Assembly (NCBI GenBank): GCA_947489085.1
Contig: CANLCJ010000007.1
Span: 36,467-100,466, forward strand
Length of the DNA: 64,000 bases
Direction of reading: 5' to 3'
Source of the DNA: an uncultured Flavobacteriaceae bacterium
Lineage (GTDB): Bacteria; Bacteroidota; Bacteroidia; Flavobacteriales; Flavobacteriaceae
Below, piece by piece: positions 51,438-60,247 of the stretch. Under the pieces are notes generated by a model. The model had not been told where the DNA came from. It searched no databases and was given only the letters and a program-made list of their open reading frames with translations. The translations under genes were made by a program, and so were the position numbers. How positions within the stretch are numbered: position 1 is the first letter of the stretch; every line of letters starts with the position of its first letter.

Positions 51438-52916
51438 TTAAGTGATGTTGTTTTTTGATGTTTTCATTGGCTTACCAAATAAATCTAATATGGGTTTTCC
51501 TTTACCATCTGGGGTGGTATAAAAGGGCCTGCCTTCTATTTCGTAATGGGTTTGAGGATGGATCCCTAAGGCACTATAAATAGATTGGTGTACTTGGTCT
51601 ATCACTACTTTATTTTCTATAGAAACACAAGGCCTTTCGTCTGCTGTTTTACCATAAACGAGTCCTTTTTTAACACCTCCACCCCACATTAAAATAGAAC
51701 CTCCATCGGTAAAATGGCGGTGCATACCGTAGTGCCTAATATGCTCTATTTTATCTGGTTGTCTTCTGGCTTGGTCTCTAACTTCTTCACCTGGCCTGCC
51801 TTCCATAATAGCATCTCTACTAAATTCACTCGCTAAAATAACCAAGGTTCTATCCAAATGGCCAGATTCGTCTAAATCTTTTATTAACTGCGCTACAGGT
51901 CTGTCTATTAAGGCTTTCATTTGTTTGGCTCTTGTATGCCCGTTTGCATGCGTATCCCAACCTAAAAAGGGTTCGTACTCGGTAGATACGCTAATAAAAC
52001 GCCCTCCGTTTTGTGCTAAACGTTTAGCGAGCAAACACCCTAATCCAAATCGTCCTGTATTATAAGTATCATACACGTCTTTCGGTTCTTGAGACAAATC
52101 AAACACCTTAGCTTCTGGCGAATTTAAAAGTCGATACGATTGTTCCATTGAGCGCATTAGCGATTCGCGTTGGTAATCGCTTGCTTGTTCCATAACCTCA
52201 CTTTTATTCGCTAATGCTTTGTACAATTTATAACGTGCCTCAAAACGTTTTAAAGACATGCCTTCTGGAGGCCGTACACTGTCTAAACCTTCTGAGGGGT
52301 CTGGAATTAAAAACGGGCCATATTCACTGCCTAAAAACCCTGCAGTGTGAAAGGCTTTTAACTCTTCGGCTTCCCCCATGGTAAAACGCTGGCCGATAGA
52401 TATAAATGGTGGTATTACAGGGTTGGCTGGGCCTAGTTCTTTCGCAATCCATGCGCCAATATGAGGGGCTTGTACCGATTGTGGCGGCTCATAACAGGTA
52501 TGCCAGTGAAATTGATGCCTGGTATGCAGTATAAATCCTAAATCGGCTGCTTTGTAAGATCTAATAATTGCACCTTTATCCATTACACCTCCAATAGATT
52601 GTAAGCCTTCAGAAAACTCTAGTCCATCAACTACTGTGGGATGTTTTGGAAATGTACTTAATACCCTATTGGTTTCTAAACCTTTTTCAAAAGGGGCATA
52701 GGCTTTAGGGTCGAAGGTTTCGGTATGCGCCATTCCGCCCGCCATCCATAATAAAATAACGCTATCGGCAGTTGCGGCTCTTTTTTGCACTTCTGGAGAA
52801 CAGGAGCTTAAAAAACTGGCTAAAGGTAGTGTTGTAGCGGAGGCTGCAATACTGGCTGCAGACATTTTTTTTATAAATTCTCTACGTGAATTGCTCTTAT
52901 TATTTTTATAGGTCAT
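51438..52916 (-). CDS. DUF1501 family protein (alkaline phosphatase/sulfatase-like clan), Tat lipoprotein, copy A
   Basis: SRREFIKK, FLSSC, LLWMAGGMAHTETFDPK, PHIGAWIA.ELG, FGLGCLLAKRL..G.RFI, WDTH, LIKDL..SG.LDRTLV...SEFSR, GGGVK.G.VYGKT. Confidence 0.85.
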   Translation of the reverse strand: MTYKNNKSNSRREFIKKMSAASIAASATTLPLASFLSSCSPEVQKRAATADSVILLWMAGGMAHTETFDPKAYAPFEKGLETNRVLSTFPKHPTVVDGLEFSEGLQSIGGVMDKGAIIRSYKAADLGFILHTRHQFHWHTCYEPPQSVQAPHIGAWIAKELGPANPVIPPFISIGQRFTMGEAEELKAFHTAGFLGSEYGPFLIPDPSEGLDSVRPPEGMSLKRFEARYKLYKALANKSEVMEQASDYQRESLMRSMEQSYRLLNSPEAKVFDLSQEPKDVYDTYNTGRFGLGCLLAKRLAQNGGRFISVSTEYEPFLGWDTHANGHTRAKQMKALIDRPVAQLIKDLDESGHLDRTLVILASEFSRDAIMEGRPGEEVRDQARRQPDKIEHIRHYGMHRHFTDGGSILMWGGGVKKGLVYGKTADERPCVSIENKVVIDQVHQSIYSALGIHPQTHYEIEGRPFYTTPDGKGKPILDLFGKPMKTSKNNIT

Positions 52917-52934
52917 AACTAAAAAACGGTCTCA

Positions 52935-55772
52935 TTAGTTTATAAATTGAAATTCGGGCGACATTAATACCGACCAAAATACGTCTTGTACTTGTGCTGT
53001 CGAAGGTTGCTCCCCTAAAGACGCCATAACAATGTTTTGCTCTTCTTTAGATGGTGCTCTTCCCAGTAATTCTTGATAAAGTGTATCTACAATTAAACGG
53101 CTATCGTTCCCATATGTGTTAAGCCATTTTTTTGCGCCTTGCTTTAAAATGCCATTAAAAAAACCGCCATTGGTTAATTCCAAGGCTTGTAATAACGTGG
53201 CTTGTTCTTCTCGCGTTGTGGTTACAATTTCTCTATTTGGACGTCCAAGAGCTTTTAAGAACGGGTGCTGTTTTACCAAACTAGCTCTGGCAAATGTTTT
53301 TTGATGGTCTTTAAATGTAAAGTCTAATAATTTTGCCCAGTTACTGGTTCTATAGTTCTTTACTTTTTTCCATCTTTTGGCTTCAAAATCCAAATCTGCC
53401 CAATTGGCTTTGGGTGCTACATCTGTACTTAGCCATGTTTCGTCGGAGTAGAGGTTAAATACGCTATCATCTTTAAAAGCAACTTTCATGGCAAACAAAA
53501 TACTCGCTGGATTGCCTATTTTTCCTTTATTATCTCCCTCTACAGCAATACAATTAGTGCCTTTGGTTAGAAGGTTTGCAACGTTGTATTTCCCAACATC
53601 TGTCCAATTATCGCCTGTACCTACAGGTTTACCGTTAATAAACAGTTTGTAGGCATCGTCTACCGAAATTAAAATAGAGGCGTCTTGTATGTTCTCTTTT
53701 TTAAGTTGAAATGTTTTTCTAAAGTAACGCTTTCCTGGTAGTGGTAATACGGTATTGGTTAGGTCTTTTTGATGGTGCCAAATGCGTTGGGCTGGCATTT
53801 TTTCTTCGTTAGGATTGTAAGCCACTGCAACATAAACAGGTGCTATAACTTGACTTATAGCATCTGAAAACTGCTCTGCACTTAAGCGCCTTAAAACAGG
53901 CCCTTTAAACACATAATCTTGCTTTATAGCTTCTGCTGTTTTATAACTTACAGTAGGCAACTGGTAGGCCTTAGAAGTCATAATACGTTTTATCAAATGC
54001 TTTAAATCTGTACCAGAATCGATAAAATCTGAAGCCAACCAATCTAACAATTCGGCATTCCAAGGGGTGTTATCCATTTCATCTACGGGCTCTATAATAC
54101 CTCTTCCTATTAGCCGTTCCCATATACGGTTTGTTATGGTTCTGTATAAACGCCCGTTCTCTTTACTGGTCATTACTTCAGAGAGTTTTAACAAGCGTTC
54201 TTTTAACGTTTCGCCTTCTACGCTTCCTAATTCTGGATACAGAAAGTTAACTTTAGCAATCTTACCTATAGGCTTATCACATCGGTTAAGTTCTAATGGT
54301 TTTTCTGCAAAAATTGAAGCAAAACCGTAAGCTTGATCTAAGGTTAAATTGCTAATAAAACTATTATGACAAGATGCACATTTTACATTAACGCCCATTA
54401 AGGATTGTCCTATATTTTGAGCGGCTTGCATTTCGGTGCGCTGGCTGGAGTTTACAACGCCACGCCATTGGATGCCTTTTATAAAACCTTCCGATGCTTT
54501 ACTCGGGTTCATCAATTCGCTCACTACTTGATCATAAGATTTATTTTGCTTTAAGGTATTGTATAACCATGTTGTAATTTGAAATCGCCCTCGGGTTATA
54601 AACCCTGTTCCGCTATAATCATTACGCAATAAATCGTTCCAAAAACTTAGCCAATTTTGTGTGTAATTTTCAGAATCGTTCAACAATTCATCAATTAAAA
54701 GTTCGCGTTTTTTTGGGTTTGTGCTTGCTATAAAAGCATTTACTGCTGTAGGTTTTGGCAATAGTCCCACAACATCCATATAAGCTCTTTTTATAAACTT
54801 TCTATCATCCACTACAGCGTTCCAGTCTACTTTTTTATCTTTAAAGTAAACGCTTACAATTTTATCTACAGGATGCGTTTCTTCTGTTACGGTTGGTAGT
54901 GCTGGTTGTGTTAAAGCCAATGGGGCTTCTGGAAATACTTTAACGGCTTTGTCTGACCAATGTGCGCCATCTTCTATCCATAATTTTATAAGTGCAATTT
55001 CATCAGGTGTGAGTAATTTGCCTTTAGTAGGCATTACTTTTTTATCATTTGCTGGAAGAATAATGCGCTTGTAAATTTCACTTTCTTCTGGCTGTCCTGG
55101 CACAACTGCTAATCCTGATGTTCCCCCTTTAAAAACACCTTCTTTATGTTCTAAAACTAACCCCCCTTTTTGTTTGTTTTCACTGTGGCATTGGTAGCAT
55201 TTATGTGCAAAAAGCCCTCGTACTTCTAGGTTTAATTTGTCTTTTTGTAGTTCTGATAATTCTGAAGCACCTTTAAGCTCTGTAAGCAATGCGCTAGATT
55301 CTAAATTACTATAGCCTTTTTCATTTCCAGGTAATATTTCGGTTAAATAATCTTCACCATGGGTTAAATTAGCGCCTAAGTGGCCTGCTATGCTTAGCAG
55401 TACAACGGTAGTAACTAGCATAAAACGGTATGCTTTTAAATTTAAGGGGGCCTTTTTCAATGTACGACTTAAAATTATAGCAGTAAGAATGGCTAAAACA
55501 GCTGTAGCGATTCCTGTATATTGGTGATTGTCTACCAAATCTCCAGAATACTCGTCTTGGGTTTTTAAAAACCAACCAAAAAGCGCGGCACATGCAGCAA
55601 CACCAGCCCCTATATATACCATCCAATTAATGCCTTCTCTAAGGCCTTTGCGTTTACCGCCTAGGGTAAGTAATTCTAATACTAATGCTACAACTAAAAG
55701 ACCTATGGGAAAATGCACCAATAGCGGATGCAAGCGTCCGAAAAATTGTAGTATCCAGTTTGTGTTTTCCAT
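52935..55772 (-). CDS. Membrane-anchored planctomycete-type cytochrome c / DUF1549 / DUF1553 protein with CBM67-like insert, copy A
   Basis: N-terminal TM region (HPLLVHFPIG, GHLGANLTHG; DUF2231-like); CYQCH..KGGL.L (PSCyt1); HPVD..V..; FIKRAYMDVVGLLP; KCASCH; NRIWERLIGRGIIEPVDE; RRLSAEQFSDAI; LQALELTN. Confidence 0.85.
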   Translation of the reverse strand: MENTNWILQFFGRLHPLLVHFPIGLLVVALVLELLTLGGKRKGLREGINWMVYIGAGVAACAALFGWFLKTQDEYSGDLVDNHQYTGIATAVLAILTAIILSRTLKKAPLNLKAYRFMLVTTVVLLSIAGHLGANLTHGEDYLTEILPGNEKGYSNLESSALLTELKGASELSELQKDKLNLEVRGLFAHKCYQCHSENKQKGGLVLEHKEGVFKGGTSGLAVVPGQPEESEIYKRIILPANDKKVMPTKGKLLTPDEIALIKLWIEDGAHWSDKAVKVFPEAPLALTQPALPTVTEETHPVDKIVSVYFKDKKVDWNAVVDDRKFIKRAYMDVVGLLPKPTAVNAFIASTNPKKRELLIDELLNDSENYTQNWLSFWNDLLRNDYSGTGFITRGRFQITTWLYNTLKQNKSYDQVVSELMNPSKASEGFIKGIQWRGVVNSSQRTEMQAAQNIGQSLMGVNVKCASCHNSFISNLTLDQAYGFASIFAEKPLELNRCDKPIGKIAKVNFLYPELGSVEGETLKERLLKLSEVMTSKENGRLYRTITNRIWERLIGRGIIEPVDEMDNTPWNAELLDWLASDFIDSGTDLKHLIKRIMTSKAYQLPTVSYKTAEAIKQDYVFKGPVLRRLSAEQFSDAISQVIAPVYVAVAYNPNEEKMPAQRIWHHQKDLTNTVLPLPGKRYFRKTFQLKKENIQDASILISVDDAYKLFINGKPVGTGDNWTDVGKYNVANLLTKGTNCIAVEGDNKGKIGNPASILFAMKVAFKDDSVFNLYSDETWLSTDVAPKANWADLDFEAKRWKKVKNYRTSNWAKLLDFTFKDHQKTFARASLVKQHPFLKALGRPNREIVTTTREEQATLLQALELTNGGFFNGILKQGAKKWLNTYGNDSRLIVDTLYQELLGRAPSKEEQNIVMASLGEQPSTAQVQDVFWSVLMSPEFQFIN

Positions 55773-55828
55773 GTTATATTTTAATCAAAAAAAGTAATTA
55801 TAAAATTATTTTAAATGTGTTCTAAGAT

Positions 55829-55845
55829 TGTCCTGTGGTGTCGCA
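55829..55845 (-). promoter_or_regulatory. Weak candidate operator (TGCGACA-cca-CAGGACA)
   Basis: 57 nt upstream of the start at 55772; degenerate. Confidence 0.3.
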
Positions 55846-55865
55846 TAGCTTCATTACAACTTATG

Positions 55866-57314
55866 TTAAGTGGTCTGCATTGGTTTTCCAAACAAATCTA
55901 AAATTGGTTTTCCTTTTCCGTCTGGTGTGGTATAAAATGGACGGCCTTCTATTTCGTAATGGGTTTGCGCATCTATGCCTAGAGCGTGATATACCGACTG
56001 ATGAACTTGATCTATAACTACAGGTTTTTCTATAGAGGAGCAGGGCCTTTCATCGGCTGTTTTACCGTATACTAATCCTTTTTCTACGCCTCCACCCCAC
56101 ATTAAAATAGAACTGCCATCTGTAAAATGACGGTGCATGCCATAATATTTTTCATCTTCTATAATATCGGGTTGATCGACTTGATTTTTAACAAGTTCGC
56201 CCGGTCGTCCTTCCATTATAGCATCTCTACTAAATTCGCTTGCCAGTATAATTAATGTTTTATCTAAATGCCCTGTTTCGTCTAAATCTTTAATTAATTG
56301 AGAAACGGGTCTGTCTATCAGTGCTTTCATTTTTTTAGCTCTAATGTGTCCATTTTCGTGCGTATCCCAGCCTAAAAATGGTTCGTATTCTGTAGATACG
56401 CTAATAAATCTACCACCGTTCATTGCCAAACGTTTTGCTAATAAACAGCCCAAACCAAAGCGCCCTGTGTTGTAGGTATCGTAAACGTCTTTTGGTTCTT
56501 GCGATAAATCGAACACCTTGGCTTCTGGAGAGTTTAGTAAGCGGTAAGATTGTTCCATAGAACGCATTAAAGATTCGCGCTGATAATTACTCCCCTTTTC
56601 CATGATTTCACTTTTATTCACCAATTCTTTGTAGAGTTTATAGCGCGACTCAAATCGTTTTAAAGACATGCCTTTAGGCGGTCGTACACTATCTAAGCCA
56701 CTAGAGGGATCGGGAATTAAAAATGGCCCATACTCTGTACCTAGAAACCCTGCTGAATGAAAGGCTTTTAGCTCTTCGGCTTCTCCCATGGTAAAACGCT
56801 GCCCTATAGAAATAAAAGGGGGAATTACAGGGTTTACTGGCCCTAATTCTTTAGCTATCCACGCCCCTATATGTGGTGCTTGCACCGATTGTGGGGGTTC
56901 GTAGCAGGTATGCCAATGGTACTGGTGTCTGGTGTGTAAAATATGACCCAAATCGGCAGATTTATAGGAGCGGATTATAGCGCCTTTATCCATAACGCTC
57001 CCAATTCCCTCTAATCCTTGGGAAAACTCTAAACCATCTACCACTGTTGGTATTTTAGGAAACGTACTTAAAATACGCTTGCTTTCTACACCTTTTTCGT
57101 AAGGCACATAGGCTTTAGGATCGAATGTTTCTGTATGTGCCATACCGCCAGCCATCCAAAGTAAAATAACAGTATCTGCTGTGGCTGCTCTTTTTTGTAC
57201 TTCTGGGGTACAAGAACTTAAAAAACTTGATATAGAAATAGTTGTTGTAGAGGCCGCTATACTGGCAGCAGTCATTTTTTTTATAAATTCTCTACGTGAG
57301 TTTTGTGTTTCCAT
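55866..57314 (-). CDS. DUF1501 family protein, Tat lipoprotein, copy B
   Basis: Same motifs as copy A; highly similar sequence. Confidence 0.85.
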   Translation of the reverse strand: METQNSRREFIKKMTAASIAASTTTISISSFLSSCTPEVQKRAATADTVILLWMAGGMAHTETFDPKAYVPYEKGVESKRILSTFPKIPTVVDGLEFSQGLEGIGSVMDKGAIIRSYKSADLGHILHTRHQYHWHTCYEPPQSVQAPHIGAWIAKELGPVNPVIPPFISIGQRFTMGEAEELKAFHSAGFLGTEYGPFLIPDPSSGLDSVRPPKGMSLKRFESRYKLYKELVNKSEIMEKGSNYQRESLMRSMEQSYRLLNSPEAKVFDLSQEPKDVYDTYNTGRFGLGCLLAKRLAMNGGRFISVSTEYEPFLGWDTHENGHIRAKKMKALIDRPVSQLIKDLDETGHLDKTLIILASEFSRDAIMEGRPGELVKNQVDQPDIIEDEKYYGMHRHFTDGSSILMWGGGVEKGLVYGKTADERPCSSIEKPVVIDQVHQSVYHALGIDAQTHYEIEGRPFYTTPDGKGKPILDLFGKPMQTT

Positions 57315-57352
57315 GTTCTTTATCTTTAAAGCGTATTTCTAATTTTTTAGAA

Positions 57353-60187
57353 TTAATCAATAAATTGAAATTCTGGTGACATTAAAACAGCCCAAAACAA
57401 ATCTTGTAATTGTGCTTTTTCTGGATTTGTCCCTAAAACGTTAAGCATTACTTCGCGTTCTTCTTTCGAGGGCTTACGGCCTAATGCGTTTCGATACAAA
57501 TCGCTAACCATTTTTCCTGTATCTGTGGCGTATCTGTCTAACCAAAGTCGCGCGCCTTCTTCTAAAACACTATCAAAAAACGCTCCATTTGTTAGCTCTA
57601 AAGCTTGTAATAATGTTGCTTGTTCTTCTCTAGAAGTGGTTACTATTTCCCTACTTGGGCGCCCAAGTGCTTTCATAAACGGGTGTTGTTTTACCAAACT
57701 AGCACGCGCAAATTTTTCGTCTTGGTCTTTAAATGTAAAATTGAGCAATTTGCCCCAATTGTTAAAGTTACGTGTGCCATAGTCTCTCACCTCTAGCCAA
57801 TTTGAATCGTTAAAATGAACCGCTGTCCAACCCGATTCTGGTAATGCATCAACACTTTTCCATGTGGTGTCTGAGTTCATTTCTAAAATAGCTCCAGATG
57901 CTTGTTCTATTTTTAAAGCAAATAGAATCCCTGCTGGATTTGCTATGGTACCATCGTTCTCTCCTAGCACGGCTATTGTATTTTTTCCAACAACCAAATA
58001 GGAACTTATGTCTATTTTACCAACGTCTTTCCAATTGTTATTTTCTAAAACTTTTTGTCCGTTTATAAAAAGCTGGTACGAGTGGTCTACCGAAATTAGA
58101 GCTTTAGCACTCACTATGTTTAACGATGGTAGGTGAAAAGACTTTCTAAAATAGCGTTTACCAGGTTCTGGCAACACGACCCTGTTAAATTTAATTTCTT
58201 TGTGCCATATGCGTTTGGCTTTTATATTTTCGCCATTAGGATTAAAGGCAACATCTGGATACATTGGTGCTATAACTTGGCTTACAGCATCAGAGAATTG
58301 CTCTGCACTTAAACGGCGTGATATAGGCCCTTTGAATACGTAATTAACCTTGGTGTCTTCTATTTTATCATAATTAATCATGGGTTGTTGGTAGGCTTTA
58401 GAAGTGACAATACGCTTTATCAAATGCTTTAAATCTGAGCCATTATCCACAAAATCTGCCGCTAACCAATCTAGAACCTCTGCATCCCAAGGGGCATTAT
58501 CCATCTCGTCTAGTGGCATAACAATACCACGACCCATTAAACGGCTCCAAAATCTATTGGCCAGCGTACGGTATAGCCTGCCATTATCTCTTTGTACCAT
58601 AACTTCAGACAGTTTTAATAAACGGTCTTTTATAGTTTTACCTTCTACGCTTCCTAACTCAGGGTATAAAAAGCTGGCTTTTGCCATTTTGCCTATAGGT
58701 TTATCGCACCTGTTTAGCTCTAGTATTGAATCTGAAAAAATAGTGGCGAAACCATAGGCTTGAGCTAGGGTAAGATTGCTAATAAAACTATTATGACAAG
58801 AGGCGCATTTTACATTTACGCCCATTAAAGATTGCCCTATGTTTTGTGCGGCTTGCATTTCGGTGCGTTGGCTGGCATTTACAACGCCACGCCATTGTAC
58901 GCCTCTAATAAAACCTTTAGAGCCTTTAACTGGGTTTACCAATTCGCGTACTATATCGTCGTACGATTTATTTGTTATTAGCGCATTGTACAACCAGTTG
59001 GTAATTGGACGTTTTCCTCCTGCGCTACTGTAATCGTTTCGTAATAGATCATTCCAGAATGTAAGCCAATGTTGTGTATAATTTTTATTGTCGCTTAGTA
59101 GTTTATCTACTAATGCTTCTCGTTTATGTTCGTTTTTATCATTGATGAAGGCCTCAACTACATCAACATCTGGCAACAAACCAATAATATCCATGTGGAT
59201 GCGCCTTACAAACGTTCTATCGTCTACAACCTCTTGCCAGTCTACGTTGTTTTTATCAAAATAAGCATCTACTAACTTATCTATAGGATGGGTTTCTTTG
59301 GTTGCTGTGGGCAATGTTGGTGTTAGTAAAGCCAATGGGGCTTCTGGAAATACTTTAACGGCTTTGTCTGACCAATGCGCACCATCTTCTATCCATAATT
59401 TTATAAGCGCAATTTCATCGGGCGTTAATAATTTGCCCTTGGTAGGCATTACTTTTTTATCGTTTGCTGGTAAAATAACGCGCTTGTAAATTTCACTTTC
59501 TTCTGGTTGTCCCGGCACAACTGCTAATCCTGATGTTCCGCCTTTAAAAACACCTTCTTTATGTTCTAGAACCAACCCACCTTTTTGTTTGTTTTCACTA
59601 TGGCATTGGTAACATTTATGTGCAAAAAGGCCTCGTACTTCTAGGTTTAATTTGTCTTTTTGCAGTTCTGATAATTCTGAAGCACCTTGAAGTTCTGTAA
59701 GCAATGCGCTAGATTCTAAATTACTATAGCCTTTTTCATTTCCAGGTAATACTTCAGTTAAATAGTCTTCACCATGGGTTAAATTAGCACCTAAGTGGCC
59801 TGCTATACTTAACAGAACTACTGTAGCAACCAGCATAAAACGGTACGCTTTTAAATTTAGGATGTTCTTCTTTAAACTTTTTCTTAAAATTACAGCGGTA
59901 ATAAGGGCCAAAACAGCTGTAGCGATTCCTGTGTATTGGTGATTGTCTACCAAATCTCCAGAATACTCATCTTGGGTTTTTAAAAACCAACCAAAAAGCG
60001 CAGCACATACAGCAACACCAGACCCTATGTACACCATCCAATTAATGCCTTCTCTAAGGCCTTTGCGTTTACCGCTTAGGGTAAGTAGTTCTAAGACTAA
60101 AGCCACAACTAAAAGACCTATTGGAAAATGTACCAATAGCGGATGTAAGCGTCCGAAAAATTGTAATACCCAATTTGTAGTTTCCAT
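57353..60187 (-). CDS. Membrane-anchored planctomycete-type cytochrome c / DUF1549 / DUF1553 protein with CBM67-like insert, copy B
   Basis: Same architecture as copy A: HPLLVHFPIG, CYQCH, CASCH, NRFWSRLMGRG, RRLSAEQFSDA, insert KRYFRKSF..SVDHSYQLFING..GKNTIAV..NPAGILFAL. Confidence 0.85.
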   Translation of the reverse strand: METTNWVLQFFGRLHPLLVHFPIGLLVVALVLELLTLSGKRKGLREGINWMVYIGSGVAVCAALFGWFLKTQDEYSGDLVDNHQYTGIATAVLALITAVILRKSLKKNILNLKAYRFMLVATVVLLSIAGHLGANLTHGEDYLTEVLPGNEKGYSNLESSALLTELQGASELSELQKDKLNLEVRGLFAHKCYQCHSENKQKGGLVLEHKEGVFKGGTSGLAVVPGQPEESEIYKRVILPANDKKVMPTKGKLLTPDEIALIKLWIEDGAHWSDKAVKVFPEAPLALLTPTLPTATKETHPIDKLVDAYFDKNNVDWQEVVDDRTFVRRIHMDIIGLLPDVDVVEAFINDKNEHKREALVDKLLSDNKNYTQHWLTFWNDLLRNDYSSAGGKRPITNWLYNALITNKSYDDIVRELVNPVKGSKGFIRGVQWRGVVNASQRTEMQAAQNIGQSLMGVNVKCASCHNSFISNLTLAQAYGFATIFSDSILELNRCDKPIGKMAKASFLYPELGSVEGKTIKDRLLKLSEVMVQRDNGRLYRTLANRFWSRLMGRGIVMPLDEMDNAPWDAEVLDWLAADFVDNGSDLKHLIKRIVTSKAYQQPMINYDKIEDTKVNYVFKGPISRRLSAEQFSDAVSQVIAPMYPDVAFNPNGENIKAKRIWHKEIKFNRVVLPEPGKRYFRKSFHLPSLNIVSAKALISVDHSYQLFINGQKVLENNNWKDVGKIDISSYLVVGKNTIAVLGENDGTIANPAGILFALKIEQASGAILEMNSDTTWKSVDALPESGWTAVHFNDSNWLEVRDYGTRNFNNWGKLLNFTFKDQDEKFARASLVKQHPFMKALGRPSREIVTTSREEQATLLQALELTNGAFFDSVLEEGARLWLDRYATDTGKMVSDLYRNALGRKPSKEEREVMLNVLGTNPEKAQLQDLFWAVLMSPEFQFID

Positions 60188-60229
60188 ACTATTTTATCGT
60201 TTATCCTTAACGTTTTTTAAAATTAAAGT

Positions 60230-60236
60230 TATCCTG
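60230..60236 (-). promoter_or_regulatory. Candidate operator half-site CAGGATA
   Basis: In the 60-nt gap between rhaT and the cytochrome gene, 43 nt upstream of the start at 60187. Confidence 0.4.
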
Positions 60237-60247
60237 TCTCATTTTTA

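Larger units (their letters stand above)
51438..55772 (-). repeat. Tandem duplication unit A (DUF1549/DUF1553-cytochrome + DUF1501)
   Basis: Colinear with 55866..60187; long near-identical nucleotide runs with mostly synonymous differences (e.g. from ~54912 vs from ~59327). Confidence 0.9.
55866..60187 (-). repeat. Tandem duplication unit B
   Basis: Colinear with 51438..55772. Confidence 0.9.

Noticed and set aside
51438-57314. DUF1501 proteins as ordinary sulfatases
   Set aside because: They lack the C/S-x-P/A-x-R formylglycine motif seen in the six true sulfatases; only the fold clan is shared.
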